From: Escherichia coli
GTDB lineage: Bacteria > Pseudomonadota > Gammaproteobacteria > Enterobacterales > Enterobacteriaceae
Length of the DNA: 64,000 nucleotides
Strand: one strand, 5' to 3'
Assembly (NCBI RefSeq): GCF_046105845.1
Contig: NZ_CP151004.1
Under the pieces are notes generated by a model. That model searched no databases. It saw nothing but the letters and a program-made list of their open reading frames with translations, and was not told where the DNA came from. The position numbers and the translations under genes were made by a program. Positions within the stretch are counted from its first letter, which is position 1; each line of letters begins with the position of its first letter. Below are positions 1-12,404 of the stretch, in pieces.

Positions 1-476
1 TTCAGGTCTGGGGTCAGCGCAACAATATTCCGGTGATTGCCCAGCATACCGGGGCGGATTCCGCCTCTGTTATCTTCGACGCCATTCAGGCCGCTAAAGC
101 GCGTAATATCGACGTCCTGATTGCCGATACCGCCGGACGCCTGCAGAACAAATCGCACCTGATGGAAGAGTTGAAGAAAATCGTCCGCGTGATGAAGAAA
201 CTCGACGTTGAAGCGCCGCATGAAGTTATGCTGACTATCGATGCCAGCACCGGGCAGAACGCGGTAAGCCAGGCCAAACTGTTCCATGAAGCCGTTGGCT
301 TAACCGGCATCACGCTAACGAAACTGGACGGCACGGCGAAAGGCGGGGTAATTTTCTCGGTGGCTGACCAGTTTGGTATTCCTATCCGCTACATTGGTGT
401 CGGCGAACGTATTGAGGATTTGCGTCCGTTTAAGGCGGACGACTTTATAGAGGCACTTTTTGCCCGAGAGGATTAA
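1..476 (+). CDS. ftsY: Signal recognition particle receptor FtsY, C-terminal GTPase domain; 5' end lies outside the window
   Basis: ORF in frame from the window edge to the stop at 474-476. SRP-GTPase motifs DTAGR and TKLDG in the translation. Immediately upstream of ftsE-ftsX as in E. coli. Confidence 0.93.
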   Translation, partial: QVWGQRNNIPVIAQHTGADSASVIFDAIQAAKARNIDVLIADTAGRLQNKSHLMEELKKIVRVMKKLDVEAPHEVMLTIDASTGQNAVSQAKLFHEAVGLTGITLTKLDGTAKGGVIFSVADQFGIPIRYIGVGERIEDLRPFKADDFIEALFARED

Positions 477-478
477 CA

Positions 479-1147
479 ATGATTCGCTTTGAACATGTCA
501 GCAAGGCTTATCTCGGTGGGAGACAGGCGCTGCAGGGCGTTACGTTCCATATGCAGCCGGGTGAGATGGCGTTTCTGACCGGTCATTCCGGCGCAGGGAA
601 AAGTACCCTCCTGAAGCTGATCTGTGGGATTGAGCGGCCCAGCGCCGGGAAAATCTGGTTTAGCGGCCATGACATCACGCGTCTGAAAAACCGTGAAGTT
701 CCGTTTCTGCGCCGCCAGATTGGCATGATTTTCCAGGATCACCATCTCCTGATGGACCGTACTGTCTACGATAATGTGGCGATCCCGCTGATTATCGCCG
801 GTGCCAGCGGTGACGATATTCGCCGCCGTGTATCCGCGGCACTGGATAAAGTCGGGCTACTGGACAAAGCGAAGAACTTCCCTATTCAGCTTTCGGGCGG
901 TGAACAACAACGTGTTGGCATTGCCCGCGCGGTGGTGAACAAGCCCGCGGTACTGCTGGCGGACGAACCGACTGGTAACCTGGACGACGCGTTGTCGGAA
1001 GGCATTTTACGTCTGTTTGAAGAGTTTAACCGCGTTGGGGTAACCGTATTGATGGCAACGCACGACATCAACCTGATCTCGCGGCGTTCCTATCGCATGC
1101 TCACCCTGAGCGATGGTCACTTGCATGGAGGCGTGGGCCATGAATAA
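479..1147 (+). CDS. ftsE: Cell division ABC transporter ATP-binding protein FtsE
   Basis: 222 aa. Walker [13 protein letters not shown] signature LSGGEQQR, Walker B LLADEP. Starts 3 nt after the ftsY stop. Confidence 0.96.
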   Translation: MIRFEHVSKAYLGGRQALQGVTFHMQPGEMAFLTGHSGAGKSTLLKLICGIERPSAGKIWFSGHDITRLKNREVPFLRRQIGMIFQDHHLLMDRTVYDNVAIPLIIAGASGDDIRRRVSAALDKVGLLDKAKNFPIQLSGGEQQRVGIARAVVNKPAVLLADEPTGNLDDALSEGILRLFEEFNRVGVTVLMATHDINLISRRSYRMLTLSDGHLHGGVGHE

Positions 1148-2198
1148 GCGCGATGCAATCAATCATATTCGGCAGTTTGGCGGGCGTCTGGATCGCTTCC
1201 GTAAATCGGTCGGCGGCTCAGGCGACGGCGGTCGTAACGCGCCAAAACGCGCGAAATCCTCGCCAAAACCGGTAAATCGCAAAACCAACGTTTTCAACGA
1301 ACAGGTGCGCTATGCCTTCCACGGCGCATTGCAAGATCTGAAAAGTAAACCGTTCGCCACGTTTTTAACGGTGATGGTTATCGCCATCTCTCTGACGCTG
1401 CCCAGCGTCTGTTATATGGTGTACAAAAACGTTAACCAGGCGGCGACGCAATATTATCCGTCACCGCAAATCACTGTTTATCTGCAAAAAACGCTGGACG
1501 ATGACGCTGCTGCGGGCGTGGTGGCACAGTTGCAGGCCGAGCAAGGCGTGGAGAAAGTGAATTATCTTTCTCGTGAAGACGCACTGGGTGAGTTCCGTAA
1601 CTGGTCTGGTTTTGGTGGTGCGCTGGATATGCTGGAAGAAAACCCGCTTCCGGCAGTGGCGGTGGTGATCCCGAAACTCGATTTTCAGGGGACGGAATCA
1701 CTCAATACGCTGCGTGATCGTATCACGCAGATTAACGGCGTTGACGAAGTGCGGATGGATGACAGCTGGTTTGCCCGTCTGGCGGCGTTGACCGGGCTGG
1801 TCGGGCGCGTTTCGGCGATGATCGGCGTGTTGATGGTGGCGGCAGTGTTCCTCGTCATCGGCAACAGTGTGCGTCTGAGCATCTTTGCTCGCCGTGACTC
1901 CATTAACGTGCAGAAACTGATTGGTGCGACGGATGGTTTCATCCTGCGCCCGTTCCTGTACGGAGGCGCATTGCTGGGATTTTCTGGCGCATTGCTGTCA
2001 TTAATTTTGTCAGAAATTCTGGTACTGCGTTTGTCATCGGCGGTTGCGGAAGTGGCACAGGTTTTCGGAACGAAGTTCGATATCAATGGCTTATCGTTCG
2101 ATGAATGCCTGCTATTGCTGCTGGTATGCTCGATGATTGGCTGGGTGGCAGCGTGGCTTGCCACGGTACAACATTTACGCCACTTTACGCCGGAATAA
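1140..2198 (+). CDS. ftsX: Cell division permease-like protein FtsX
   Basis: Start chosen at the internal ATG (MNKRDAINH...) giving 352 aa. Overlaps the ftsE stop by 8 nt, suggesting translational coupling. Four hydrophobic segments toward the C-terminus. Confidence 0.93.
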   Translation: MNKRDAINHIRQFGGRLDRFRKSVGGSGDGGRNAPKRAKSSPKPVNRKTNVFNEQVRYAFHGALQDLKSKPFATFLTVMVIAISLTLPSVCYMVYKNVNQAATQYYPSPQITVYLQKTLDDDAAAGVVAQLQAEQGVEKVNYLSREDALGEFRNWSGFGGALDMLEENPLPAVAVVIPKLDFQGTESLNTLRDRITQINGVDEVRMDDSWFARLAALTGLVGRVSAMIGVLMVAAVFLVIGNSVRLSIFARRDSINVQKLIGATDGFILRPFLYGGALLGFSGALLSLILSEILVLRLSSAVAEVAQVFGTKFDINGLSFDECLLLLLVCSMIGWVAAWLATVQHLRHFTPE

Positions 2199-2322
2199 TA
2201 AAATCGTGTTATACTCTTTCCCTGCAATGGGTTCCGTAGCAGGGAAAGAGACCCCGTTGTCTCTTCCCGGTATTTCATCTCTATGTCACATTTTGTGCGT
2301 AATTTATTCACAGCGTTGCATT

Positions 2323-2349
2323 GAACTTGTGGATAAAATCACGGTCTGA
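2323..2349 (+). promoter_or_regulatory. Sigma-E type promoter upstream of rpoH (P3-like): GAACTT-N16-TCTGA
   Basis: GAACTT at 2323-2328 and TCTGA at 2345-2349 with a 16-nt spacer match the sigma-E consensus. rpoH is a known sigma-E regulon member. Confidence 0.6.
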
Positions 2350-2442
2350 TAAAACAGTGAATGATAACCTCGTTGCTCTTAAGCTCTGGCACAGTTGTTG
2401 CTACCACTGAAGCGCCAGAAGATATCGATTGAGAGGATTTGA

Positions 2443-3297
2443 ATGACTGACAAAATGCAAAGTTTAGCTTTAGCCCCAGTTGGCAACCTGGATTCCTACA
2501 TCCGGGCAGCTAACGCGTGGCCGATGTTGTCGGCTGACGAGGAGCGGGCGCTGGCTGAAAAGCTGCATTACCATGGCGATCTGGAAGCAGCTAAAACGCT
2601 GATCCTGTCTCACCTGCGGTTTGTTGTTCATATTGCTCGTAATTATGCGGGCTATGGCCTGCCACAGGCGGATTTGATTCAGGAAGGTAACATCGGCCTG
2701 ATGAAAGCAGTGCGCCGTTTCAACCCGGAAGTGGGTGTGCGCCTGGTCTCCTTCGCCGTCCACTGGATCAAAGCAGAGATCCACGAATACGTTCTGCGTA
2801 ACTGGCGTATCGTCAAAGTTGCGACCACCAAAGCGCAGCGCAAACTGTTCTTCAACCTGCGTAAAACCAAGCAGCGTCTGGGCTGGTTTAATCAGGATGA
2901 AGTTGAAATGGTGGCCCGTGAACTGGGCGTAACCAGCAAAGACGTACGTGAGATGGAGTCGCGTATGGCGGCACAGGACATGACCTTTGACCTGTCTTCC
3001 GACGACGATTCCGACAGCCAGCCGATGGCTCCGGTGCTCTATCTGCAGGATAAATCATCTAACTTTGCTGACGGCATCGAAGATGATAACTGGGAAGAGC
3101 AGGCGGCAAACCGTCTGACCGACGCGATGCAAGGTCTGGACGAGCGTAGCCAGGATATCATCCGCGCGCGCTGGCTGGACGAAGACAACAAGTCCACGTT
3201 GCAGGAACTGGCTGACCGTTACGGTGTTTCCGCTGAGCGTGTGCGCCAGCTGGAAAAGAACGCGATGAAAAAACTTCGCGCTGCCATTGAAGCGTAA
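2443..3297 (+). CDS. rpoH: RNA polymerase heat-shock sigma factor sigma-32
   Basis: 284 aa. Sigma-70 family region 2 ([14 protein letters not shown]) and region 4 HTH. The whole protein reads as sigma-32. Confidence 0.97.
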   Translation: MTDKMQSLALAPVGNLDSYIRAANAWPMLSADEERALAEKLHYHGDLEAAKTLILSHLRFVVHIARNYAGYGLPQADLIQEGNIGLMKAVRRFNPEVGVRLVSFAVHWIKAEIHEYVLRNWRIVKVATTKAQRKLFFNLRKTKQRLGWFNQDEVEMVARELGVTSKDVREMESRMAAQDMTFDLSSDDDSDSQPMAPVLYLQDKSSNFADGIEDDNWEEQAANRLTDAMQGLDERSQDIIRARWLDEDNKSTLQELADRYGVSAERVRQLEKNAMKKLRAAIEA

Positions 3298-3318
3298 TTT
3301 CCGCTACTCAGCAGAGAA

Positions 3319-3350
3319 CCCTGGATGAGAATCCGGGGTTTTTGTTTTTT
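3319..3350 (+). terminator. Rho-independent terminator of rpoH
   Basis: Stem ccctggat / atccgggg (one G-U pair) with a gaga loop, followed by TTTTTGTTTTTT. Confidence 0.8.
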
Positions 3351-3568
3351 GGACCTCTGCAATAATCAGTTTCCCCCTCCGGCAAAACGCCAATCCCCAC
3401 GCAGATTGTTAATAAACTGTCAAAATAGCTATTCCAATATCATAAAAATGGGGTATGTTTTAGCAGAGTATGCTGCTAAAGCACGGGTAGTCATGCATAA
3501 AACGAAATAAAGTGCTGAATCACAACACCACAACACACGTAATAACCAGAAGAATGGGGATTCTCAGG

Positions 3569-4672
3569 ATGAATATAAAGGGTAAAGCGTTACTGGCAGG
3601 ATGTATCGCGCTGGCATTCAGCAATATGGCTCTGGCAGAAGATATTAAAGTCGCGGTCGTGGGCGCGATGTCTGGTCCGGTGGCCCAGTACGGTGACCAG
3701 GAGTTCACTGGCGCAGAGCAGGCAGTAGCGGATATCAATGCTAAAGGCGGCATTAAAGGCAACAAACTGCAAATCGTAAAATATGACGATGCCTGTGACC
3801 CGAAACAGGCGGTTGCGGTGGCGAACAAAGTCGTTAACGACGGCATTAAATATGTGATTGGTCACCTCTGTTCTTCATCAACGCAGCCAGCGTCAGACAT
3901 CTATGAAGATGAAGGCATTTTAATGATCACCCCAGCGGCAACCGCGCCGGAGCTGACCGCCCGTGGCTATCAGCTGATCCTGCGCACTACCGGCCTGGAC
4001 TCCGACCAGGGGCCGACGGCGGCGAAATATATTCTTGAGAAAGTGAAACCGCAGCGTATTGCTATCGTCCACGACAAACAGCAGTACGGCGAAGGTCTGG
4101 CGCGTGCGGTGCAGGACGGCCTGAAGAAAGGCAATGCTAACGTGGTGTTCTTTGATGGTATCACCGCTGGGGAAAAAGATTTCTCAACGCTGGTGGCGCG
4201 TCTGAAAAAAGAGAATATCGACTTCGTTTACTACGGCGGTTATCACCCGGAAATGGGGCAAATCCTGCGTCAGGCACGCGCGGCAGGGCTGAAAACTCAG
4301 TTTATGGGGCCGGAAGGCGTGGCTAACGTCTCGCTGTCTAACATTGCGGGTGAATCAGCGGAAGGACTGCTGGTGACCAAGCCGAAGAACTACGATCAGG
4401 TTCCGGCGAACAAACCCATTGTTGATGCGATCAAAGCGAAAAAACAGGACCCAAGCGGCGCATTCGTTTGGACCACCTACGCCGCGCTGCAATCTTTGCA
4501 GGCGGGCCTGAATCAGTCTGACGATCCGGCAGAAATCGCCAAATACCTGAAAGCGAACTCCGTGGATACCGTGATGGGACCGCTGACCTGGGATGAGAAA
4601 GGCGATCTGAAAGGCTTTGAGTTCGGCGTATTTGACTGGCACGCCAACGGCACGGCGACCGATGCGAAGTAA
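3569..4672 (+). CDS. livJ: Leu/Ile/Val periplasmic binding protein LivJ
   Basis: 367 aa from the internal ATG ([23 protein letters not shown] signal peptide). About 80% identical to the downstream paralog LivK. Confidence 0.95.
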   Translation: MNIKGKALLAGCIALAFSNMALAEDIKVAVVGAMSGPVAQYGDQEFTGAEQAVADINAKGGIKGNKLQIVKYDDACDPKQAVAVANKVVNDGIKYVIGHLCSSSTQPASDIYEDEGILMITPAATAPELTARGYQLILRTTGLDSDQGPTAAKYILEKVKPQRIAIVHDKQQYGEGLARAVQDGLKKGNANVVFFDGITAGEKDFSTLVARLKKENIDFVYYGGYHPEMGQILRQARAAGLKTQFMGPEGVANVSLSNIAGESAEGLLVTKPKNYDQVPANKPIVDAIKAKKQDPSGAFVWTTYAALQSLQAGLNQSDDPAEIAKYLKANSVDTVMGPLTWDEKGDLKGFEFGVFDWHANGTATDAK

Positions 4673-4731
4673 TCATTAATCGGCAACTTTGGGTTGCCGC
4701 CAAATTGCTAATATCGAGTACGTTGCTTCAT

Positions 4732-4831
<100 letters not shown>

Positions 4832-4871
4832 ATTTCTCGTTGGTCATCACTTTTGAAATCAAACTTGACGA

Positions 4872-5255
4872 TTAACGCTTCTCCCAGCCGCCCTTTTGTG
4901 CCGTAAACCCCAATGCCTGCATAAACGTCGCCATCACGCCGCGATCTTCCACGCCAGCATCCGCCATCCACCAGCATGAAACGCCAGGATTGTTACGCAA
5001 AACCTCTTCCAGCAGATATTGCCCCACACCGCGACGGCGGGTGACTTCCCGCACGCGCAGGGAATCCAGTGCGCCCTCCGTGCCGCTTAAGGTTACCCGC
5101 ACGGCCGCGAGCAGGCGCTCGTTAAAACGCGCGGCGTAGATACGGTGGTTATCGTCAACCTGTAACGAGGAAGGGGAATACTCCGGCCAGATCTTTTGCA
5201 GGTCAATCCGGTCCTGGTCGCTAAAGTTTTCTAATCGAATGATGGTCAGCTTCAT
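4872..5255 (-). CDS. panM: PanD maturation factor PanM/PanZ (GNAT fold)
   Basis: 127 aa. Acetyl-CoA binding motif RRRGVGQ. Lies between livJ and livK as in E. coli. Confidence 0.9.
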   Translation of the reverse strand: MKLTIIRLENFSDQDRIDLQKIWPEYSPSSLQVDDNHRIYAARFNERLLAAVRVTLSGTEGALDSLRVREVTRRRGVGQYLLEEVLRNNPGVSCWWMADAGVEDRGVMATFMQALGFTAQKGGWEKR

Positions 5256-5678
5256 GGGGAACCCGTGTAAATCACAAAAGTGGAACCAGTGTAGCGAAAT
5301 AATTTAATCGGAGGCTTTCTCTTTTTTATTTCTTTTGGCAGGTGATTAATTTTTTTTCAGCAATAATTACAAAGTTAAAACATTAGAGAATGAAAAATAC
5401 CCAGCATAATCCCCTGAATGGTAGTGAATTATTCCGCTCTTTTTGCCGTTATTTTATGCTGACAACGGCACTTTTTTCTGTTTATCTATCAATAAATTCA
5501 GAATATTATCTGTTCTTAATCGACTGAAAAATAGGGATTTTAATCGCTATTATCACAAAATACTGCGCTAAACCCTTAATCAGACAGGCAAAAACAGTGC
5601 AGTATAAAAAAAGAACAGTCTGATTTGTTAACACATAAAAACAAAGCAACACAACATCACGAATGGGGATTTTTGACT

Positions 5679-6788
5679 ATGAAACGGAATGCGAAACCTA
5701 TCATCGCAGGGATGATTGCACTGGCAATTTCACACACCGCTATGGCTGACGATATTAAAGTCGCCGTTGTCGGCGCGATGTCCGGCCCGATTGCCCAGTG
5801 GGGCGATATGGAATTTAACGGCGCGCGTCAGGCGATTAAAGACATTAATGCCAAAGGGGGAATTAAAGGCGATAAGCTGGTGGGCGTGGAATATGACGAC
5901 GCCTGCGACCCGAAACAAGCCGTTGCGGTCGCCAACAAAATCGTTAACGACGGCATTAAATACGTTATTGGGCACTTGTGTTCCTCCTCTACCCAACCTG
6001 CATCAGATATCTACGAAGACGAAGGTATTCTGATGATCTCGCCGGGTGCGACCAACCCGGAGCTGACCCAACGCGGTTATCAATACATCATGCGTACTGC
6101 CGGGCTGGACTCCTCCCAGGGGCCAACGGCGGCAAAATACATTCTTGAGACGGTGAAGCCCCAGCGCATCGCCATCATTCACGACAAACAACAGTATGGC
6201 GAAGGGCTGGCACGTTCGGTGCAGGACGGGCTGAAAGCGGCTAACGCCAACGTTGTCTTCTTCGACGGTATTACCGCGGGTGAGAAAGATTTCTCCGCGC
6301 TGATCGCCCGCCTGAAAAAAGAAAATATCGACTTCGTTTACTACGGCGGTTACTACCCGGAAATGGGGCAGATGCTGCGCCAGGCCCGTTCTGTCGGCCT
6401 GAAAACCCAATTTATGGGGCCGGAAGGTGTGGGTAATGCGTCGCTGTCGAACATTGCTGGCGATGCTGCCGAAGGCATGTTGGTCACCATGCCAAAACGC
6501 TATGACCAGGACCCGGCAAACAAAGGCATCGTTGATGCGCTGAAAGCAGACAAGAAAGATCCATCCGGGCCATATGTCTGGATCACCTACGCGGCGGTGC
6601 AATCTCTGGCAACTGCCCTTGAGCGTACCGGCAGCGATGAGCCGCTGGCGCTGGTGAAAGATTTAAAAGCTAACGGTGCAAATACCGTGATTGGGCCGCT
6701 GAACTGGGATGAAAAAGGCGATCTTAAGGGATTTGATTTTGGTGTCTTCCAGTGGCACGCCGACGGTTCATCCACGGCAGCCAAGTGA
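5679..6788 (+). CDS. livK: Leucine-specific periplasmic binding protein LivK
   Basis: 369 aa from the internal ATG ([23 protein letters not shown] signal peptide). First gene of livKHMGF. Confidence 0.95.
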   Translation: MKRNAKPIIAGMIALAISHTAMADDIKVAVVGAMSGPIAQWGDMEFNGARQAIKDINAKGGIKGDKLVGVEYDDACDPKQAVAVANKIVNDGIKYVIGHLCSSSTQPASDIYEDEGILMISPGATNPELTQRGYQYIMRTAGLDSSQGPTAAKYILETVKPQRIAIIHDKQQYGEGLARSVQDGLKAANANVVFFDGITAGEKDFSALIARLKKENIDFVYYGGYYPEMGQMLRQARSVGLKTQFMGPEGVGNASLSNIAGDAAEGMLVTMPKRYDQDPANKGIVDALKADKKDPSGPYVWITYAAVQSLATALERTGSDEPLALVKDLKANGANTVIGPLNWDEKGDLKGFDFGVFQWHADGSSTAAK

Positions 6789-6835
6789 TCATCCCACCGC
6801 CCGTGAAAAACGGGCGGGTTTAGAAAGGTTACCTT

Positions 6836-7762
6836 ATGTCTGAGCAGTTTTTGTATTTCTTGCAGCAGATGTTTAACGGCGTCACGCTGGGCAGTACCTA
6901 CGCGCTGATAGCCATCGGCTACACCATGGTTTACGGCATTATCGGCATGATCAACTTCGCCCACGGCGAGGTTTATATGATTGGCAGCTATGTCTCATTT
7001 ATGATCATCGCCGCGCTGATGATGATGGGCATTGATACCGGCTGGCTACTGGTGGCGGCTGGATTCGTCGGCGCAATCGTCATTGCCAGCGCCTACGGCT
7101 GGAGTATCGAACGGGTAGCCTATCGCCCGGTGCGTAACTCTAAGCGCCTGATTGCACTCATCTCTGCAATCGGTATGTCCATCTTCCTGCAAAACTACGT
7201 CAGCCTGACCGAAGGTTCGCGCGACGTGGCGCTGCCGAGCCTGTTTAACGGTCAGTGGGTGGTGGGCCATAGCGAAAACTTCTCTGCCTCTATTACTACC
7301 ATGCAGGCGGTGATCTGGATTGTCACCTTCCTCGCCATGCTGGCGCTGACGATTTTCATTCGCTATTCCCGTATGGGGCGCGCCTGTCGTGCTTGCGCGG
7401 AAGATCTGAAAATGGCGAGTCTGCTTGGCATTAACACCGACCGGGTGATTGCGCTGACCTTTGTGATTGGCGCGGCGATGGCGGCGGTGGCGGGCGTGCT
7501 GCTCGGTCAGTTCTACGGCGTAATTAACCCCTACATCGGCTTTATGGCCGGGATGAAAGCCTTTACTGCTGCGGTGCTCGGTGGGATTGGCAGCATTCCG
7601 GGAGCGATGATTGGCGGCCTGATTCTGGGGATTGCGGAGGCGCTCTCTTCTGCCTATCTGAGTACGGAATATAAAGATGTGGTCTCATTCGCCCTGCTGA
7701 TTCTGGTGTTGCTGGTGATGCCGACCGGTATTCTGGGTCGCCCGGAGGTAGAGAAAGTATGA
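6836..7762 (+). CDS. livH: Branched-chain amino acid ABC transporter permease LivH
   Basis: 308 aa, multi-pass membrane protein. Operon position after livK. Confidence 0.95.
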   Translation: MSEQFLYFLQQMFNGVTLGSTYALIAIGYTMVYGIIGMINFAHGEVYMIGSYVSFMIIAALMMMGIDTGWLLVAAGFVGAIVIASAYGWSIERVAYRPVRNSKRLIALISAIGMSIFLQNYVSLTEGSRDVALPSLFNGQWVVGHSENFSASITTMQAVIWIVTFLAMLALTIFIRYSRMGRACRACAEDLKMASLLGINTDRVIALTFVIGAAMAAVAGVLLGQFYGVINPYIGFMAGMKAFTAAVLGGIGSIPGAMIGGLILGIAEALSSAYLSTEYKDVVSFALLILVLLVMPTGILGRPEVEKV

Positions 7763-9036
7763 AACCGATGCATATTGCAATGGCGCTGCTCTCTGCCGCT
7801 ATGTTCTTTGTGCTGGCGGGCGTCTTTATGGGCGTGCAACTGGAGCTGGATGGCACCAAACTGGTGGTCGACACGGCTTCAGACATCCGTTGGCAGTGGG
7901 TGTTTATCGGCACGGCGGTGGTCTTTTTCTTCCAGCTTTTGCGACCGGCTTTCCAGAAAGGGCTAAAAAGCGTTTCCGGGCCGAAGTTTATTCTGCCCGC
8001 GATTGATGGCTCCACGGTGAAGCAGAAACTCTTCCTCGTGGCGCTGCTGGTGCTTGCGGTGGCGTGGCCGTTTATGGTCTCACGCGGAACGGTGGATATC
8101 GCCACCCTGACCATGATCTACATTATCCTCGGCCTCGGGCTGAACGTGGTGGTAGGGCTTTCCGGCCTGCTGGTGCTGGGGTACGGTGGCTTTTACGCCA
8201 TCGGCGCTTACACCTTTGCGCTGCTCAATCACTATTACGGTCTGGGGTTCTGGACCTGTCTGCCTATTGCCGGGTTAATGGCAGCGGCGGCGGGCTTCCT
8301 GCTCGGCTTCCCGGTGTTGCGTTTACGTGGCGACTATCTGGCGATCGTTACCCTCGGTTTCGGCGAAATTGTGCGCATATTGCTGCTCAATAACACTGAA
8401 ATCACCGGCGGCCCGAACGGAATCAGTCAGATCCCGAAACCGACGCTCTTCGGACTCGAGTTCAGCCGTACCGCCCGTGAAGGCGGCTGGGATACGTTCA
8501 GTAATTTCTTTGGCCTGAAATACGATCCCTCCGATCGTGTCATCTTCCTCTACCTGGTGGCGTTGCTGCTGGTGGTGCTAAGCCTGTTTGTCATTAACCG
8601 CCTGCTGCGGATGCCGCTGGGGCGTGCGTGGGAAGCGTTGCGTGAAGACGAGATCGCCTGCCGTTCGCTGGGTTTAAGCCCGCGTCGTATCAAGCTGACC
8701 GCTTTTACCATCAGTGCCGCGTTTGCCGGTTTTGCCGGAACGCTGTTTGCTGCGCGCCAGGGCTTTGTCAGCCCGGAATCCTTCACCTTTGCTGAATCGG
8801 CGTTTGTACTGGCGATAGTGGTGCTCGGCGGTATGGGATCGCAGTTTGCGGTGATTCTGGCGGCTGTTCTGCTGGTGGTGTCGCGCGAATTGATGCGTGA
8901 TTTCAACGAATACAGCATGTTAATGCTCGGTGGTTTGATGGTGCTGATGATGATCTGGCGTCCGCAGGGCTTGCTGCCCATGACGCGCCCGCAACTCAAG
9001 CTGAAAAACGGCGCAGCGAAAGGAGAGCAGGCATGA
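7759..9036 (+). CDS. livM: Branched-chain amino acid ABC transporter permease LivM
   Basis: 425 aa membrane protein. ATGA start/stop overlap with livH. Confidence 0.95.
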   Translation: MKPMHIAMALLSAAMFFVLAGVFMGVQLELDGTKLVVDTASDIRWQWVFIGTAVVFFFQLLRPAFQKGLKSVSGPKFILPAIDGSTVKQKLFLVALLVLAVAWPFMVSRGTVDIATLTMIYIILGLGLNVVVGLSGLLVLGYGGFYAIGAYTFALLNHYYGLGFWTCLPIAGLMAAAAGFLLGFPVLRLRGDYLAIVTLGFGEIVRILLLNNTEITGGPNGISQIPKPTLFGLEFSRTAREGGWDTFSNFFGLKYDPSDRVIFLYLVALLLVVLSLFVINRLLRMPLGRAWEALREDEIACRSLGLSPRRIKLTAFTISAAFAGFAGTLFAARQGFVSPESFTFAESAFVLAIVVLGGMGSQFAVILAAVLLVVSRELMRDFNEYSMLMLGGLMVLMMIWRPQGLLPMTRPQLKLKNGAAKGEQA

Positions 9037-9800
9037 GTCAGCCATTATTATCTGTTAACGGCCTGATGATGCGCTTCGGCGGCCTGCTGGCGGTGAACAA
9101 CGTCAATCTTGAACTGTACCCGCAGGAGATCGTCTCGTTAATCGGCCCTAACGGTGCCGGAAAAACCACGGTCTTCAACTGCCTGACCGGATTCTACAAA
9201 CCTACCGGCGGCACCATTTTACTGCGCGATCAGCATCTGGAAGGTTTGCCGGGGCAGCAAATTGCCCGCATGGGCGTGGTGCGTACCTTCCAGCATGTGC
9301 GTCTGTTCCGTGAAATGACGGTGATTGAAAACCTGCTGGTGGCGCAGCATCAGCAACTGAAAACCGGGCTGTTCTCTGGCCTGTTGAAAACGCCTTCTTT
9401 CCGTCGCGCCCAGAGCGAAGCGCTCGACCGCGCCGCTACCTGGCTTGAGCGCATTGGTTTGCTGGAACATGCCAACCGTCAGGCGAGTAACCTGGCCTAT
9501 GGTGACCAGCGCCGTCTTGAGATTGCCCGCTGCATGGTGACGCAGCCGGAGATTTTAATGCTCGACGAACCGGCAGCAGGTCTTAACCCGAAAGAGACGA
9601 AAGAGCTGGATGAGCTGATTGCCGAACTGCGTAACCATCACAACACCACTATCTTGTTGATTGAACACGATATGAAGCTGGTGATGGGGATTTCAGACAG
9701 AATTTACGTGGTCAATCAGGGGACGCCGCTGGCAAACGGTACGCCGGAGCAGATCCGTAATAACCCGGACGTGATCCGTGCCTATTTAGGTGAGGCATAA
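9033..9800 (+). CDS. livG: Branched-chain amino acid ABC transporter ATPase LivG
   Basis: 255 aa. Walker [10 protein letters not shown], Walker B LMLDEP. Overlaps the livM stop. Confidence 0.95.
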   Translation: MSQPLLSVNGLMMRFGGLLAVNNVNLELYPQEIVSLIGPNGAGKTTVFNCLTGFYKPTGGTILLRDQHLEGLPGQQIARMGVVRTFQHVRLFREMTVIENLLVAQHQQLKTGLFSGLLKTPSFRRAQSEALDRAATWLERIGLLEHANRQASNLAYGDQRRLEIARCMVTQPEILMLDEPAAGLNPKETKELDELIAELRNHHNTTILLIEHDMKLVMGISDRIYVVNQGTPLANGTPEQIRNNPDVIRAYLGEA

Positions 9801-9801
9801 G

Positions 9802-10515
9802 ATGGAAAAAGTCATGTTGTCCTTTGACAAAGTCAGCGCCCACTACGGCAAAATCCAGGCGCTGCATGAGGTGAGCCTGCATATCAATCAGGGCGAGATT
9901 GTCACCCTGATTGGCGCGAACGGGGCGGGGAAAACCACCTTGCTCGGCACGTTATGCGGCGACCCACGCGCCACCAGCGGGCGAATTGTGTTTGATGATA
10001 AAGACATTACCGACTGGCAGACGGCGAAAATCATGCGCGAAGCGGTAGCGATTGTCCCGGAAGGGCGTCGCGTCTTCTCGCGCATGACGGTGGAAGAGAA
10101 TCTGGCGATGGGCGGCTTTTTTGCTGAACGCGACCAGTTCCAGGAGCGCATAAAGTGGGTGTATGAACTGTTTCCGCGTCTCCATGAACGCCGTGTTCAG
10201 CGGGCGGGAACCATGTCCGGCGGTGAGCAGCAGATGCTGGCGATTGGGCGCGCGCTGATGAGCAATCCGCGTTTATTGTTGCTTGATGAGCCATCGCTCG
10301 GTCTTGCGCCGATTATCATCCAGCAGATTTTCGACACCATCGAGCAGCTGCGCGAGCAGGGGATGACCATCTTCCTCGTCGAGCAGAACGCCAACCAGGC
10401 GCTGAAGCTCGCTGATCGCGGCTACGTGCTGGAAAACGGTCATGTGGTGCTCTCCGATACCGGCGATGCGCTGCTGGCAAACGAAGCGGTGAGAAGTGCG
10501 TATTTAGGCGGGTAA
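9802..10515 (+). CDS. livF: Branched-chain amino acid ABC transporter ATPase LivF
   Basis: 237 aa from ATG 9802 (MEKVMLSF...). Walker A GANGAGKTT, signature MSGGEQQM. Confidence 0.94.
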   Translation: MEKVMLSFDKVSAHYGKIQALHEVSLHINQGEIVTLIGANGAGKTTLLGTLCGDPRATSGRIVFDDKDITDWQTAKIMREAVAIVPEGRRVFSRMTVEENLAMGGFFAERDQFQERIKWVYELFPRLHERRVQRAGTMSGGEQQMLAIGRALMSNPRLLLLDEPSLGLAPIIIQQIFDTIEQLREQGMTIFLVEQNANQALKLADRGYVLENGHVVLSDTGDALLANEAVRSAYLGG

Positions 10516-10576
10516 TAACACGTTGATTGATAAGGAGTCAAAAGACTCCTTTGAGACAGGTTACAAATGTAAAATT

Positions 10577-10676
10577 GCCTGATGCGCTGCGCTTATCAGG
10601 CCTACTGGATGAGTTGCAATATATTGAATTTGCACGATCTTGTAGGCCGGATAAGGCATTTACGCCGCATCCGGCA
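10577..10676. repeat. REP/BIME element downstream of livF
   Basis: gcctgatgcgctgcgcttatcaggcctac and tgtaggccggataaggcatttacgccgcatccggca, two REP units in inverted orientation. Confidence 0.85.
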
Positions 10677-10776
10677 TGAAACGATGAGCAATCTGTAGAG
10701 TTTGATTCAGACCTTCTATTTTTCCCGCTTATCCGTGCCCCATCTCCCATTTTCCCTCACCCGTACCGTCACCGCC

Positions 10777-10794
10777 TTGTCATCTTTCTGACAC
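10777..10794 (+). promoter_or_regulatory. Candidate Pho box (PhoB site) in the ugpB promoter region
   Basis: TTGTCAT-N4-CTGACAC resembles the CTGTCAT direct-repeat PhoB consensus. The ugp operon is a known Pho regulon member. Confidence 0.5.
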
Positions 10795-10912
10795 CTTACT
10801 ATCTTACAAATGTAACAAAAAGGTTATTTTTCTGTAATTCGAGCATGTCATGTTACCCCGCGAGCATAAAACGCGTGAATTCGCGCATTCGGTACAACAA
10901 GAGAGATAAACG

Positions 10913-12229
10913 ATGAAACCGTTACATTATACAGCTTCAGCACTGGCGCTCGGACTGGCGTTAATGGGGAATGCACAGGCAGTGACGACCATTCCGTTCT
11001 GGCATTCTATGGAAGGGGAACTGGGTAAAGAGGTGGATTCTCTTGCCCAACGTTTTAACGCCGAAAACCCGGATTACAAAATTGTACCGACCTATAAAGG
11101 CAACTACGAACAGAATTTAAGCGCGGGGATTGCCGCATTTCGTACCGGCAACGCTCCGGCTATTTTGCAGGTTTATGAAGTTGGCACCGCCACCATGATG
11201 GCGTCGAAAGCCATTAAACCGGTATATGACGTGTTTAAAGAGGCGGGGATTCAGTTCGATGAGTCGCAGTTTGTGCCGACGGTTTCAGGCTACTACTCCG
11301 ACAGCAAAACCGGCCACTTACTCTCCCAGCCGTTCAATAGCTCGACTCCTGTTCTCTATTACAACAAAGACGCCTTCAAGAAAGCGGGGTTAGACCCGGA
11401 ACAGCCGCCGAAAACTTGGCAGGATCTGGCGGACTATGCCGCAAAACTGAAAGCCTCCGGCATGAAGTGCGGCTACGCCAGCGGCTGGCAGGGCTGGATC
11501 CAACTGGAAAACTTTAGCGCCTGGAACGGTCTGCCGTTTGCCAGCAAAAACAACGGCTTTGACGGCACGGACGCGGTGCTGGAGTTCAACAAGCCGGAGC
11601 AGGTGAAACACATCGCCATGCTCGAAGAGATGAACAAGAAGGGCGACTTCAGCTACGTCGGTCGTAAGGATGAATCCACCGAGAAGTTCTATAACGGTGA
11701 TTGCGCGATGACCACCGCCTCTTCTGGTTCTCTTGCCAATATTCGTGAGTACGCCAAATTTAACTACGGCGTAGGCATGATGCCTTACGACGCTGACGCG
11801 AAAGATGCGCCACAAAACGCCATTATCGGCGGAGCCAGCCTGTGGGTAATGCAGGGTAAAGATAAAGAAACTTATACGGGTGTGGCGAAGTTCCTCGACT
11901 TCCTCGCGAAGCCAGAAAACGCTGCCGAGTGGCATCAGAAAACTGGTTATCTGCCAATCACCAAAGCGGCGTATGACCTGACCCGTGAGCAAGGCTTTTA
12001 TGAGAAAAACCCAGGTGCGGATACCGCGACGCGTCAGATGCTGAATAAGCCGCCGTTACCGTTCACCAAAGGGCTGCGTCTGGGCAACATGCCGCAGATC
12101 CGCGTGATTGTGGATGAAGAGCTGGAGAGCGTGTGGACCGGTAAGAAGACACCACAGCAGGCACTGGATACCGCCGTTGAGCGTGGGAACCAGTTACTGC
12201 GCCGCTTTGAGCAGTCTACGAAGTCTTAA
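10913..12229 (+). CDS. ugpB: sn-Glycerol-3-phosphate periplasmic binding protein UgpB
   Basis: 438 aa with signal peptide. Followed by ugpAEC. Confidence 0.95.
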   Translation: MKPLHYTASALALGLALMGNAQAVTTIPFWHSMEGELGKEVDSLAQRFNAENPDYKIVPTYKGNYEQNLSAGIAAFRTGNAPAILQVYEVGTATMMASKAIKPVYDVFKEAGIQFDESQFVPTVSGYYSDSKTGHLLSQPFNSSTPVLYYNKDAFKKAGLDPEQPPKTWQDLADYAAKLKASGMKCGYASGWQGWIQLENFSAWNGLPFASKNNGFDGTDAVLEFNKPEQVKHIAMLEEMNKKGDFSYVGRKDESTEKFYNGDCAMTTASSGSLANIREYAKFNYGVGMMPYDADAKDAPQNAIIGGASLWVMQGKDKETYTGVAKFLDFLAKPENAAEWHQKTGYLPITKAAYDLTREQGFYEKNPGADTATRQMLNKPPLPFTKGLRLGNMPQIRVIVDEELESVWTGKKTPQQALDTAVERGNQLLRRFEQSTKS

Positions 12230-12235
12230 TTCTCT

Positions 12236-12385
12236 TACCCTCACCCTAACCCTCTCCCAAAGGGAGAGGGGACCGATCGGCGTGGTATCCAGGTGCCGTG
12301 TCGGTTTGCAACTTCGCTCGGTGGGAAAGTATGCACCGCCTTTCTCCCTCGCCCCTCTGGGGAGAGGGCCGGGGTGAGGGGATCA
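12236..12385. repeat. Long imperfect palindromic intergenic element between ugpB and ugpA
   Basis: ccctcaccctaaccctctcccaaagggagagggg on the left is mirrored on the right by ccctctggggagagggccggggtgagggg. The arms are inverted repeats of each other, with internal short hairpins. Confidence 0.55.
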
Positions 12386-12404
12386 CAACACGAAGAGTTT
12401 AACT

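Noticed and set aside
3325-3510. 61-aa ORF upstream of livJ
   Set aside because: Lies in the livJ promoter/leader region. Starts inside the rpoH terminator U-tract. No SD.
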